From: Planctomycetota bacterium
GTDB taxonomy: Bacteria; Planctomycetota; UBA11346
Reading direction: 5' to 3'
Assembly (NCBI GenBank): GCA_038213805.1
Contig: JBBQSO010000012.1
Span: 1 to 64,000, forward strand
DNA: 64,000 nucleotides
The notes below the pieces were generated by a model. The model did not search any database and was not told the origin of the DNA. It worked only from the letters and a program-made list of their open reading frames with translations. Position numbers and translations under genes: made by a program. Shown here one piece after another: positions 9,785 to 19,705 of this stretch; position 1 is the first letter of the stretch; the number at the start of each line of letters is the position of its first letter.

Positions 9785-10747
9785 TCAGGCGTCGTCGCTC
9801 GCGAAGATCGCCTCGATGAAGGCGTCCGGGTCGAAGGGCTGGAGGTCGTCGGCCTTTTCGCCGACGCCGATGAAGCGCACCGGCAGCTTGAGCTCGCGGC
9901 GGATGGTGATGGTCACGCCGCCCTTGGCGGTGCCGTCGAGTTTGGTCAGGATCAGCCCGGTGACGCCCATCGCCTGGCCGAAGACCTTGGCCTGCTGGAT
10001 GGCGTTCTGTCCGGCGGTGGCGTCGAGCACCAGCAGGGTCTCGTGCGGCGCGCTCGGCAGGCGCTTCTGGATGACGCGGCGGATCTTCTCCAGCTCGCGC
10101 ATCAGGTGCTCCTTGTTGTGCAGACGCCCGGCGGTGTCGATCAGCACCAGGTCCATGCCGCGCGCCTCGGCGGCGGCGACCGCGTCGTAAGCCACCGCCG
10201 CGGCGTCGCCGCCGTCGTGGGTCTTGACGATGTCGACACCGACGCGTTCGGCCCAGATCGAAAGCTGCTCGATGGCCGCTGCGCGGTAGGTGTCGCCAGC
10301 GGCGATCAGCACCTGCTTGCCCTGATCCTTGAAGCGCTTGGCGAGCTTGGCGATGGTCGTGGTCTTGCCGGCGCCGTTGACTCCGACGATCAGCACCACG
10401 GTCGGGCCGGGCTTGCCGTCCGGAACGGCGGGTTTGGCCCAGTCGAGTTCTTCGTCGCGCGGCGCCTGCAGCTCGTCGCGCAGGCTGCGCTTGAGCAGGT
10501 CCAGCAGCTCTTCGCCGGGCGCCATCTCGCCCGCCTTGTACTTCGCCTTCAGCTCGGCGATGATCTCTTCGGTCTTGGTCACGCCGATGTCGGCTTGCAG
10601 CAAGGTGTCCTCGAGCTGCGCGAGGAAGTCCTGGTCGATGGCGCGCCCGCGGCCGATCAGTCGGCGCAGCGCGCCGCCCACCACCGAGCGGGTGCGGGCA
10701 AGGCCTTCCTTGATGCGCGTGAAGAACTTGCCGAGGGCTTTGAACAT
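9785..10747 (-). CDS. ftsY: SRP receptor FtsY
   Basis: GVNGAGKTTT, DTYRAAA, DTAGR, TKLDGTAKGG, GVGEK; ATG at 10747. Confidence 0.97.
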   Translation of the reverse strand: MFKALGKFFTRIKEGLARTRSVVGGALRRLIGRGRAIDQDFLAQLEDTLLQADIGVTKTEEIIAELKAKYKAGEMAPGEELLDLLKRSLRDELQAPRDEELDWAKPAVPDGKPGPTVVLIVGVNGAGKTTTIAKLAKRFKDQGKQVLIAAGDTYRAAAIEQLSIWAERVGVDIVKTHDGGDAAAVAYDAVAAAEARGMDLVLIDTAGRLHNKEHLMRELEKIRRVIQKRLPSAPHETLLVLDATAGQNAIQQAKVFGQAMGVTGLILTKLDGTAKGGVTITIRRELKLPVRFIGVGEKADDLQPFDPDAFIEAIFASDDA

Positions 10748-10767
10748 GGTCGCTCCCGCAGCGCGGC

Positions 10768-11163
10768 TCAGGCCTGCTTGGCGGCGCGCTTGTCGGGGTC
10801 GGGCAGCTTCTTGAGCAGCTTGTCGTAGTCGACGTCCTTGGCCGCCGGCCAGATCTTGTCGATCTTGTAGAGGTCGCGGCGCTCCTGGTCGAAGGCGTGC
10901 ACCACCACGTCGATGCAGTCGATCAGCATCCAGCCGGCCTCGCCCTCGACGGGCATGCGCGGGATCTGGTGGCGTTTGCAGAAGTGGTAGATCTCGTCGA
11001 CGATGGTGTGCACTTGGCGGTCGCTGCGACCCGTAGCCAGCACGGCGTAGTCGAAGACCATGCCGCCGGCGGGGAATTCGAGCAGGCGCACCTGCTCGCC
11101 ACCCTTGTCGAGGGCGAGGCGGACGGCGTGCAGGGCGAGGTCGCGGGGGGTGAAGGCGCTCAT
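10768..11163 (-). CDS. rsfS: Ribosome silencing factor RsfS (Iojap)
   Basis: DK..DY.VLATGRSDRQV, EG...WMLID..DVVVH.F...R..Y..DKIW. Confidence 0.9.
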   Translation of the reverse strand: MSAFTPRDLALHAVRLALDKGGEQVRLLEFPAGGMVFDYAVLATGRSDRQVHTIVDEIYHFCKRHQIPRMPVEGEAGWMLIDCIDVVVHAFDQERRDLYKIDKIWPAAKDVDYDKLLKKLPDPDKRAAKQA

Positions 11164-11269
11164 CGGTCAACCAACAGGGGTGCAGGGGCGGGGGGAGGGA
11201 TGATAGATCGGCGGGGCGGGGGGCAAGCGGGGTTCCTGGGACGTTTTGCCGGCCTGACGGCCTGATTAA

Positions 11270-11431
11270 CCGCAGAGACGCAGAGCTGAAGGCATAAGGC
11301 CACAGAGGACGGCTCTGCAGAGGGGTGTTCGCGGCGGCGAAAGGGGCGCCCTGCCACCGCTAACGAACGGCTTGAGGCCATCGGGGTCTCGCCTCTGCGG
11401 CATCCTGCCTTCGCCTTCTGTGCCTCTGCGG
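11270..11431. repeat. Long imperfect inverted repeat of CGCAGAG-type units
   Basis: Arm 11270-11308 (CCGCAGAGACGCAGAG...CCACAGAGG) pairs with arm 11392-11431 (CCTCTGCGG...TGTGCCTCTGCGG). Confidence 0.7.
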
Positions 11432-11560
11432 CAGGTCGGCCGGCCCTGCTTTGGATTTACGTGCCTGCAGTTGCGGTCACGCTGGTCCGCGCGACCAGGC
11501 CTGATCAGCCACGTCAGGCAACCCTGGCGCGTCGGCGGGGCGCCGGCAGCATTCCAGGCC

Positions 11561-12097
11561 ATGCAGCCGCAGAGCCTGATCAGCGCCGTCGAGATCCAGA
11601 CCCGCGTCACGGCGCTCGGTGCGCAGATCGCGGCCGAGCACGCCGCTGGACAGCGCACCCGCGGGGCCGGCGATCCGCTCACCCTGCTGGCGGTGATGGA
11701 TGGCGCCTTCCTGTTCGCCGCCGACCTCGCGCGCGCCATCCGCATCCCGGACCTGCGTCTGCATTTCGTGCGCGCCAGCAGCTACCGCGGCACGCTCAGC
11801 AGCGGCACTGTCGCGCACGAGGTCCTGCCCGACCTCGCCGGGCGCGACGTGCTGGTGGTCGACGACATCCTCGACACCGGGCGCACCCTGGCGGCGGTGT
11901 TGGCATCCTGCGCGGGCGCGGCGCGGCTGCGCACCTGCGTGCTGCTCGACAAGCCGGCGCGGCGCGTGCCGGGGGGACTCGCCAGCGCCGACTACACCGG
12001 ATTCACCATCGCTGACCGCTTCGTGGTGGGGTATGGGCTCGATCTGGATGGCAGATACCGGCATCTGCCGGAGGTGTGCACGATGGATGGGATCTGA
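11561..12097 (+). CDS. hpt: Hypoxanthine phosphoribosyltransferase
   Basis: VMDGAFLFAADL, SSY, PRPP motif VLVVDDILDTGRTL, LLDK, FVVGYGLD..YRHLP. Confidence 0.92.
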   Translation: MQPQSLISAVEIQTRVTALGAQIAAEHAAGQRTRGAGDPLTLLAVMDGAFLFAADLARAIRIPDLRLHFVRASSYRGTLSSGTVAHEVLPDLAGRDVLVVDDILDTGRTLAAVLASCAGAARLRTCVLLDKPARRVPGGLASADYTGFTIADRFVVGYGLDLDGRYRHLPEVCTMDGI

Positions 12098-12280
12098 CGC
12101 CGCACCGGATTCGGCCACTGTCCCAGGGGGCGCCTCCCTCACGGTCGACCCGGCCCGCAGCGGGCGGTATGCCCCTGGTGGTCGGCTCCACGCGCTTTCG
12201 CGCATCGTGCGCCGGTCTTCCGGGCCCTTCCTCAGCGGGCGGCGCGACCGGGCGTATCACCGCGCATCACTGGAGGACCC

Positions 12281-13801
12281 ATGTACCGATCCGCCCTGCT
12301 CCGCTCGATCGCCTTAGCGACCTGCCTCCTGCCGCGCCTCGCCGCGGAGGTCAAGCTGCCGGCCATCCTCGGCGACAACGCCGTGCTGCAGGCAGATGCG
12401 CCGCTGCCGATCTGGGGCACGGCCGCGGTCGATGAAGCGGTGACCGTGACGGTCGCCGGTCAGAGCCAGAGCACCAAGGCCGGGGCCGACGGCCACTGGC
12501 GGGTGAGGCTCGCGCCGCTCAAGACCGGAGGGCCGCTCGAACTCACCGTGGCCGGCACCAATACCATCGTGCTGAAGAACCTGCTGGTCGGCGAGGTGTG
12601 GGTCGGCTCCGGGCAGTCCAACATGGAGTTCGCCCTGAAGAACGCCAACGACTCCGCCAAGGAGATCGCCGCCGCCGACTTCCCGAAGATCCGTCTCTTC
12701 ACCGTGACCAAGAAGACCAGCGCCGAGCCGCTCGCCGACTGCACCGGGAAGTGGGTCGAGTGCGCGCCGGCGACGGTGCCGGGTTTCTCGGCGGTGGCGT
12801 ACTTCTTCGGACGCGAACTGCACCAGAAGCTCGGCGTGCCGGTCGGCCTGATCCACACCTCGTGGGGCGGCACCCCGGCCGAGGCCTGGACCAGCCGCCC
12901 GGCGCTCGCCGGCAACGACGAGTTCAAGGACGCGGCCGCGACCTGGGACAAGCGCCTGGCCGACCTGCCCAAGGCGCAGGCCAGGTTCGAGCAGGAGCAG
13001 GCCGCGTGGAAGACCGCCGCCGCCGAGGCCAAGGCCGCGGGCAAGCCGGAGCCGAAGAAGCCGCGCGCGCCGGACGGCGCCAACTCGCCCAACCGCCCGT
13101 CGTCGCTCTACAACGGCATGCTCGCGCCGCTCATCCCCTATGCGATCCGCGGCGCGATCTGGTACCAGGGCGAGGCCAACGCCGGCCAGCCGCTGAAGTA
13201 CCGCACCCTGCTGCCGCTAATGATCGGCGACTGGCGGCAGGCCTGGGGCGAAGGCGATTTCCCGTTCTACATCGTGCAACTCGCCAACTACATGGCGCGC
13301 CGCCCGGAGCCGGTCGAGAGCAGCTGGGCCGCGTTGCGCGAGGCGCAGTGGCTGACCACGACGACGGTAAAGAACACCGGCCTGGCGACGATCATCGACG
13401 TCGGCATGGCCGACAACATCCACCCCACCGACAAGCAGACCGTCGGCCACCGCCTGGCGGTGAACGCCCTGGCCCAGACCTACGGCAAGGACAATGAGAG
13501 TTCGGGGCCGGTGTTCGCTGCGATGAAAGTCGACGGTGCGAAAGTTGTGCTGTCCTTCACCCATTTCGGCGGCGGTCTGGTCGCCAAGGGCGGCGGCGCG
13601 CCCACCGGGTTCGCCATCGCCGGCGAGGACAAGCACTTCGTGTGGGCGACCGCGACCATCGTCGGCGACACCGTGGTGGTGACGAGCGACAAGGTCGCCA
13701 AGCCGACCGCGGTGCGCTACGCCTGGGCGGACAACCCCGAGTGCGACCTGTACAGCAAGGCGGAGCTGCCGGCGGTGCCGTTCCGGACGGACCTGCCGTG
13801 A
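12281..13801 (+). CDS. Secreted sialate O-acetylesterase (SASA/SGNH) family protein
   Basis: Signal peptide, GEVWVGSGQSNM, WYQGE, DNIHP, VRYAW..NP. Confidence 0.92.
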   Translation: MYRSALLRSIALATCLLPRLAAEVKLPAILGDNAVLQADAPLPIWGTAAVDEAVTVTVAGQSQSTKAGADGHWRVRLAPLKTGGPLELTVAGTNTIVLKNLLVGEVWVGSGQSNMEFALKNANDSAKEIAAADFPKIRLFTVTKKTSAEPLADCTGKWVECAPATVPGFSAVAYFFGRELHQKLGVPVGLIHTSWGGTPAEAWTSRPALAGNDEFKDAAATWDKRLADLPKAQARFEQEQAAWKTAAAEAKAAGKPEPKKPRAPDGANSPNRPSSLYNGMLAPLIPYAIRGAIWYQGEANAGQPLKYRTLLPLMIGDWRQAWGEGDFPFYIVQLANYMARRPEPVESSWAALREAQWLTTTTVKNTGLATIIDVGMADNIHPTDKQTVGHRLAVNALAQTYGKDNESSGPVFAAMKVDGAKVVLSFTHFGGGLVAKGGGAPTGFAIAGEDKHFVWATATIVGDTVVVTSDKVAKPTAVRYAWADNPECDLYSKAELPAVPFRTDLP

Positions 13802-14128
13802 ACTGAGGGCGCGGCGCGGGCGATGCGCCGCGCGCGTGATCGGGGATCGGCCGGGAGGCCTAGGACGCGCGACGGGTGGCGCCGCAGGATGCCGCGGCCA
13901 GGACCAGGGGCGCGACCCGCCTCGCCATGCCGTGTGCGGATCGCGCGCCGCGGCCGGGGTCGCCCGGGCCTTCACCGGATTTTGATCGTTTCCCCGCCAG
14001 AAGCGAACCGGGTATTCGCGGGATCCTCCTCGATCGCCGCTGCGGATCTACACCCGCAGGGCGTTAGTGCTGGGACGCGCGCACTGCTGTGCGCCGCGCC
14101 CAACACTCCTTGATCGAGGACCATTCCC

Positions 14129-17100
14129 ATGACCAAGCGCCCGACCCTGCCGCTCGTCCCGCTGCTGGCCGCCCTCGCGCTGCCCCTTTCGCTGCGCGCC
14201 GCTGAGACGCCCTACCTGGTGCCGACCGCGCCCGGCGTCACCGCCAGCGCGGTGCTGAGCGTGGGCGATGCGGTCGGCGTGAAACCGGACGGGGTCACGC
14301 CCTACCGTTTCTGCGGCATTCCCGACGGGCTGGGCGCCTTCGACAACGGCGATGGCACCTTCACCCTGTTGATGAACCACGAGCTCACGGGCGACAAGGG
14401 CGTCATGCGCGCGCACGGCGCCAAGGGCGCCTTCGTCTCGAAGTGGACGATCAACAAAACCACCCTGGCGGTCAGCGCGATCAGCGACCTGATCCAGACG
14501 GTCAAGCTCTTCGATCCGCTTACCGGCACCTGGGCCCCGGCCACGACGCCGTACGCGTTCTCGCGCTTCTGCTCGGCCGACCTGCCGGCGCCCACCGCCT
14601 ACTTCAACGTCGCGACCGGCAAGGGCAGCACCGCGCACATCTTCATGAATGGTGAGGAGATCAGCCCCGAGGGCACGCCGCCGACCGGCCGCTTCGGCCT
14701 GAACTTCGCGCACATCGTCGACGGTCCCGAGGCCGGCATCACCTATGAGCTGCCGCGCTTCGGCAAGTACGCGCCCGAGAACACCCTGGCCTGCCCGGTC
14801 GCCCAGGACAAGACGGTGGTGATGGGCAACAGCGACAACAGCAACGCCGGCGGCTTCGTCTACCTCTACGTCGGCACCAAGACCACCGTCGGCACCGAGA
14901 TCGATAAGGCCGGCCTGACCAACGGCACGCTGTTCGGCGTGCGCGCCAACGGCCAGGCCGATGAGACCCGCGCGGCCGCGGTCGGCGCGCTCAAGGGCGC
15001 GGCGGTGCCATTTACGCTGGTCCCGCTCGGCGACGTCTCGGCGAAGACCGGCGAGCAGCTGTTGGCGGATTCGACCACCGCCGGCGCGACGCGCTTCCTG
15101 CGCCCCGAGGACGGCGCCTGGGATCCCAGCCACCCCGACACCTACTACTTCGTCACCACCGACGACATGAATTCGGCCAAGAACGGCGGCCTGACCGTCG
15201 CTGGCAAGACCGGCCGCACGCGGCTCTGGCAGCTGCACTTCACCGACATCGCCAATCCCGAGAACGGCGGCACGATCACCAATTTGATCGACGGCACCGA
15301 GGATCCGGGACCGCAGATGATGGACAACATCACCGTCGACCACAGCGGTCGCATCGTCATCTGCGAGGACACCGGCAACAACGACCACCTCGGCAAGGTG
15401 TGGCTCTACGATATCGCCACCGGCAGCATGACAGTGGTTGCCAGCCATGATCCCGCGCGCTTCGGCGAGATCGACACCACCAGCGGCACTCCGATCGCGC
15501 GCCCGGCGAGCGGCACCTCGGCCGCGGGCATCCCTTTCACCAAGGACGAGGAGACCTCGGGCGTGCTCGATGTCTCGGAGATCCTCGGGGCCGGCCGCTT
15601 CCTCATCGATGTGCAGGCGCATGTCTCTGGCGCGACCGTGCCGTCGTCGGCCGCGGAACTGGTCGAAGGTGGCCAGCTGCTGGCGATGACCATCCCTGCC
15701 GGCACCGCGACGCCCGTCGCGACCGGCCCCGACACCGCCTACCTGGTGCCCACCGCCAGCGGCATCGCCACCAGCGCGATCCTTACCGTCGGGCAATCCG
15801 TCAACCTCAAGCCCGGCAGCACCGCGCCCTACCGCTTCTGCGGCATCCCCGATGGCCTCGGCGCGTTCGACAACCTCGACGGCACCTTCACCCTGCTGAT
15901 GAACCACGAGCTCAACAGCGGTTCGCTGGGCAGCGTGCGCGCCCACGGCTCGAATGGCGCCTTCGTGTCGCGCTGGACGATCACCAAATCCTCGCTGGCC
16001 GTGACCCGCATCGTCGACCAGATCCACACCGTGATGCGCTTCGATCCGGCGACCTCGACCTATGCACCGGGCGCGTACCAGTTCCAGCGCTTCTGCTCGG
16101 CGGACCTGCCCGCCCCGACCGCCTACTTCAATCCGTTTACCGGCAAGGGCACCAGCGAGCGCATCTTCATGAACGGCGAGGAGATCTCGCCCGAAGGCGC
16201 GCCGCCCACCGGCCGCTTCGGCGCGAACTTCGCGCACATCGCCACCGGCCCGGCCAACGGCACCAGCTTCGAGCTGCCGCGCCTGGGCAAATACGCGCCC
16301 GAGAACACCCTCGCCAACCCCTTCCCCCAGGACAAGACGGTGGTGATGGGCAACAGCGACAACAGCGCGGCCGGCGGCTTCATCTATCTCTACGTCGGCA
16401 CCAAGACCACCACCGGCACCGACATCGACAAGGCCGGGCTGACCAACGGCACGCTGTTCGGCGTGCGCGCCAACGGCAAGGCCGATGAGACCCGCGCGGA
16501 TGCGGTCGGCGCAGCCAAGAATCTCGCGGTGCCGTTCACCCTGGTGCCGCTGGGCGATGTCTCGGCCAAGACCGGCGAGCAGCTGTTCGCCGACTCCACC
16601 AGCGCCGGGGCCACGCGCTTCCTGCGCCCGGAGGATGGCGCCTGGGATCCCTCCTTCCCCAGCGACTACTATTTCGTCACCACCGACGACATGAACTCGG
16701 CCAAGAACGGCGGTCTGACCGTCGCGGGCAAGACCGGGCGCTCGCGCCTGTGGAAGCTGCACTTCACCGACATCGCGAACCCCGAGAGTGGCGGCACCAT
16801 CACCAATCTCATCAGCGGCGCCGAGGATCCCGGTCCGCAAATGATGGACAACATCACCGTCGACCGCGTCGGCCGCATCATCATCGACGAGGATCCCGGC
16901 AACCAGGATCACCTCGCCAGGATCTGGTCGTACGACATCCACACCGGTGCCCTGGTCAGGATCGCCAGCCACGATCCCGCGCGTTTCGGCGACATCTCGA
17001 CCGCCGGTGGCACGCCGGTCGCGGTCCCTGCGGCCGGCATCGCCGCGAATGGCCTACCGTTCAGCAAGGATGAGGAGAGCTCGGGCGTGCTCGACGTCAG

Positions 17101-19531
17101 CGACATCCTGGGCGCCAACCGCTTCCTGGTTGATGTGCAGGCGCACCTCGCCAGTGGCACCGTGCTGACCAACGATCAGAAGGAGCTGGCCGAGGGCGGC
17201 CAGCTGCTGGCCATGACCGTCGCGCTGCCCAACACGCCGCCGGTCGCCCAGGCCGACACCCTGACCGCGGTCAAGGACGGCAAGCTTGTGGTCGCGGCCA
17301 GCGCGCTGTCGGCCAACGACACCGACGCCGATGGCGACCCGGTGCTGGTCACCGCGGTCAGCGCCGCGAGCAGCCAGGGCGGCACGGTCGCGCTGGTCGA
17401 TGGCCGCGTGATTTACACGCCCCACGCCGGCTTCACCGGCACCGACACCTTCACCTACACGCTGCGCGACGGCGCGCGCGTGTCGAAGCCGATCCCGATC
17501 GATGCGCCGCTCGCCAGCGTGCCGGTCACGGGCGGCGCAGTCGCCGTGCAGCACGCCGGCTACGGCTCGGCGGTGGCCCAGGCCCCGGGCGTGGCCAACG
17601 AATACTTCCTGCTCACCGACCGCGGACCCAACGTCGACGGCCCGACCAGCGGCCCGCTCACCGGCGGCAAGATCTTCCCGGTCCCCGCCTTCCATCCCGA
17701 GATCGCGCGCGTGCGCCTGAACGCCGACGGCACCGTGACGCGCCTCGCCACCATCACGCTCAAGGACGCCGCCGGCGTGCCCCTGACCGGTCTGCCCAAC
17801 CCGATCGGTGCCGGCGGCACCGGCGAGCTGGCGCTCGATCCCGCGCTGAACGTCCTGCCTACCGATCCCACCGGCATCGACAGCGAAGGCCTGGTCGCGC
17901 TCGCCGACGGCAGCTTCTGGGTCAGCGACGAGTACGGCCCGTGGCTGCTGCACCTTGACGGCACCGGCCGCACCATCGAGCGCGTCGGACCGTTCGCGGC
18001 CAACAGCGCCGGCCACAAGCTGCCCAGCGTGCTGGCAAAGCGGCTGATCAACAAGGGCATGGAAGGCCTGACCGTGACGCCCGACGGCAGCATGCTGGTC
18101 GGCATCATGCAGTCGGCACTGCTCAATGGCCCATCGGTGACCGCCGACACCGCCAAGCAGGTGGCGATGCTGCGCGTCGTGACCTACCGCCTGATCGCCG
18201 GTGGCGGCGAGGCGGTCGGCGCCACCCACCAGTTCGCCTACCTGCTCGAGGTCACCAACGCGGCCGGCAACAAGCTGGCCTCGAGCGAACTGACCGCGCT
18301 GTCCAACAGCGAGTTCCTGGTCAACGAGCGCGACGGCAAGTTCCCCAGCGACAGCGGCGGCGCTAACAAGAAGTTCTGGCGCTTCACCCTGGCGGGGGCG
18401 ACCGATATCAGCGGCGGCGACACCGCCGACGGCCTGCTGCTCGGCGGCCTGCCCCTGGAGGAGGCGCTGTTCAACAAGAATTCGGCCCAGGCGCGCACCA
18501 TCCTCACCGGGGCCGGCATCACCGCCCTGGTCAAGGACGCCACCCCGCTGCTCGACCTGGTCGGCACCCTGGGCGGCCAATACGCCCACGACAAGGTCGA
18601 GGGCGTGATCTTCAGCGGCGGCCACATCATCATCTCCAATGACGATGACTTCGGCATCAACGGCAGCGGCACTGTGACCGCGAAGACCATCCCGGGCTCG
18701 CTGCCGCTCGGCAACCTGCCCGGCACCGCGACCGGGCCGCTGACCACCGACTACAGCCAGCTGTTGGAGGTCGATCCGGCCAAGCTCGCCACCGCGACCG
18801 GCACGGTCACGGTGACGGTGGCGGCCAACAGCGCGCCGACCATCGGCACGGTGGCGGACACCACCATCCTCGAGGACGCCGCCACCGGCGCGCTCGCGGT
18901 GACGGTCGGCGATGCTGAGACCCCGGCAGTTGCGCTGGTGCTGACCGCGACGTCCGACAATCCTGCGCTGCTGCCCGCTGGCGGCATCGTCCTGGGCGGC
19001 AGCGATGCGGCGCGCACCATCACCCTGACCCCGGCCGCCAACCAGAACGGTCACGCCCTGGTGACGCTGACCGTGACCGACGCCCACGGCGGCACCGCCA
19101 CCAGCACCTTCACCCTGACGGTTACACCGGTAAACGACGCGCCGGTGGCTGCTGACGGCACCCTGGCCGCGGTCGCAGGTGTGCCGGCGCACGGCACGCT
19201 GGTCGCCACGGATATCGACAGCGCGACGCTCACCTACGCGGTGGTCGGCGCCCCGGCCACCGGCACCATCGTGCTCGACGCGGGCACCGGCGCCTATGTC
19301 TACACGGCGCCTGCCGCGACGCCGGCCGGCACGGTGACCTTCACGTTCAGGGCCAACGACGGCGCGCTGAACTCCAACGTCGCCACCGTGACCGTGACTG
19401 TGGCTGCGGCGCCTCCTGGCGAGCACCATGACGACACGAAGAAGAAGTGCGGGCGCGGCTCGGGCGTCATGGCCCTCATGCTCGGGCTGTTCGCGCTGAT
19501 CCGCCTCGGCCTCTGGCGCCGCCGCCGCTGA
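14129..19531 (+). CDS. Large surface protein: two PhoX/DUF839-like domains, Ig/cadherin-like domains, phytase-like domain, C-terminal anchor
   Basis: Signal peptide; twice PDGLGAFDN..LLMNHE, RFCSADL, FLRPEDG, MMDNIT, E.SG; LTDRGPN, DSEG, WVSDEYGP, NKGMEG, KVEG, NDDDFG; DADGD/VNDAP Ig repeats; KKKCGRGSG-TM-RRRR. Confidence 0.85.
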   Translation: MTKRPTLPLVPLLAALALPLSLRAAETPYLVPTAPGVTASAVLSVGDAVGVKPDGVTPYRFCGIPDGLGAFDNGDGTFTLLMNHELTGDKGVMRAHGAKGAFVSKWTINKTTLAVSAISDLIQTVKLFDPLTGTWAPATTPYAFSRFCSADLPAPTAYFNVATGKGSTAHIFMNGEEISPEGTPPTGRFGLNFAHIVDGPEAGITYELPRFGKYAPENTLACPVAQDKTVVMGNSDNSNAGGFVYLYVGTKTTVGTEIDKAGLTNGTLFGVRANGQADETRAAAVGALKGAAVPFTLVPLGDVSAKTGEQLLADSTTAGATRFLRPEDGAWDPSHPDTYYFVTTDDMNSAKNGGLTVAGKTGRTRLWQLHFTDIANPENGGTITNLIDGTEDPGPQMMDNITVDHSGRIVICEDTGNNDHLGKVWLYDIATGSMTVVASHDPARFGEIDTTSGTPIARPASGTSAAGIPFTKDEETSGVLDVSEILGAGRFLIDVQAHVSGATVPSSAAELVEGGQLLAMTIPAGTATPVATGPDTAYLVPTASGIATSAILTVGQSVNLKPGSTAPYRFCGIPDGLGAFDNLDGTFTLLMNHELNSGSLGSVRAHGSNGAFVSRWTITKSSLAVTRIVDQIHTVMRFDPATSTYAPGAYQFQRFCSADLPAPTAYFNPFTGKGTSERIFMNGEEISPEGAPPTGRFGANFAHIATGPANGTSFELPRLGKYAPENTLANPFPQDKTVVMGNSDNSAAGGFIYLYVGTKTTTGTDIDKAGLTNGTLFGVRANGKADETRADAVGAAKNLAVPFTLVPLGDVSAKTGEQLFADSTSAGATRFLRPEDGAWDPSFPSDYYFVTTDDMNSAKNGGLTVAGKTGRSRLWKLHFTDIANPESGGTITNLISGAEDPGPQMMDNITVDRVGRIIIDEDPGNQDHLARIWSYDIHTGALVRIASHDPARFGDISTAGGTPVAVPAAGIAANGLPFSKDEESSGVLDVSDILGANRFLVDVQAHLASGTVLTNDQKELAEGGQLLAMTVALPNTPPVAQADTLTAVKDGKLVVAASALSANDTDADGDPVLVTAVSAASSQGGTVALVDGRVIYTPHAGFTGTDTFTYTLRDGARVSKPIPIDAPLASVPVTGGAVAVQHAGYGSAVAQAPGVANEYFLLTDRGPNVDGPTSGPLTGGKIFPVPAFHPEIARVRLNADGTVTRLATITLKDAAGVPLTGLPNPIGAGGTGELALDPALNVLPTDPTGIDSEGLVALADGSFWVSDEYGPWLLHLDGTGRTIERVGPFAANSAGHKLPSVLAKRLINKGMEGLTVTPDGSMLVGIMQSALLNGPSVTADTAKQVAMLRVVTYRLIAGGGEAVGATHQFAYLLEVTNAAGNKLASSELTALSNSEFLVNERDGKFPSDSGGANKKFWRFTLAGATDISGGDTADGLLLGGLPLEEALFNKNSAQARTILTGAGITALVKDATPLLDLVGTLGGQYAHDKVEGVIFSGGHIIISNDDDFGINGSGTVTAKTIPGSLPLGNLPGTATGPLTTDYSQLLEVDPAKLATATGTVTVTVAANSAPTIGTVADTTILEDAATGALAVTVGDAETPAVALVLTATSDNPALLPAGGIVLGGSDAARTITLTPAANQNGHALVTLTVTDAHGGTATSTFTLTVTPVNDAPVAADGTLAAVAGVPAHGTLVATDIDSATLTYAVVGAPATGTIVLDAGTGAYVYTAPAATPAGTVTFTFRANDGALNSNVATVTVTVAAAPPGEHHDDTKKKCGRGSGVMALMLGLFALIRLGLWRRRR

Positions 19532-19551
19532 ACCGTCGATGATTCATGACG

Positions 19552-19594
19552 ACACCGGACCCGGGAGGAGAACCTTCCCGGGTCCGGTGTTTTC
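19552..19594 (+). terminator. Intrinsic terminator hairpin
   Basis: Perfect 15-bp stem ACACCGGACCCGGGA / TCCCGGGTCCGGTGT followed by T residues, between convergent genes. Confidence 0.75.
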
Positions 19595-19705
19595 ATGGGC
19601 GGCTGACGGCTCTTGGCGTCATGGCGGCCGGAATCGTCGCCCGCGCAACCAGCCGCATCCAGCCGCGCGCATCTGCAGTTCCCGGCAGCGGGCGTGCCCG
19701 CGACC

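Noticed and set aside
13969..13992. PHO box upstream of the surface phosphatase
   Set aside because: Only one plausible half-site (CTTCACC); the 11-bp repeat is too degenerate to call.
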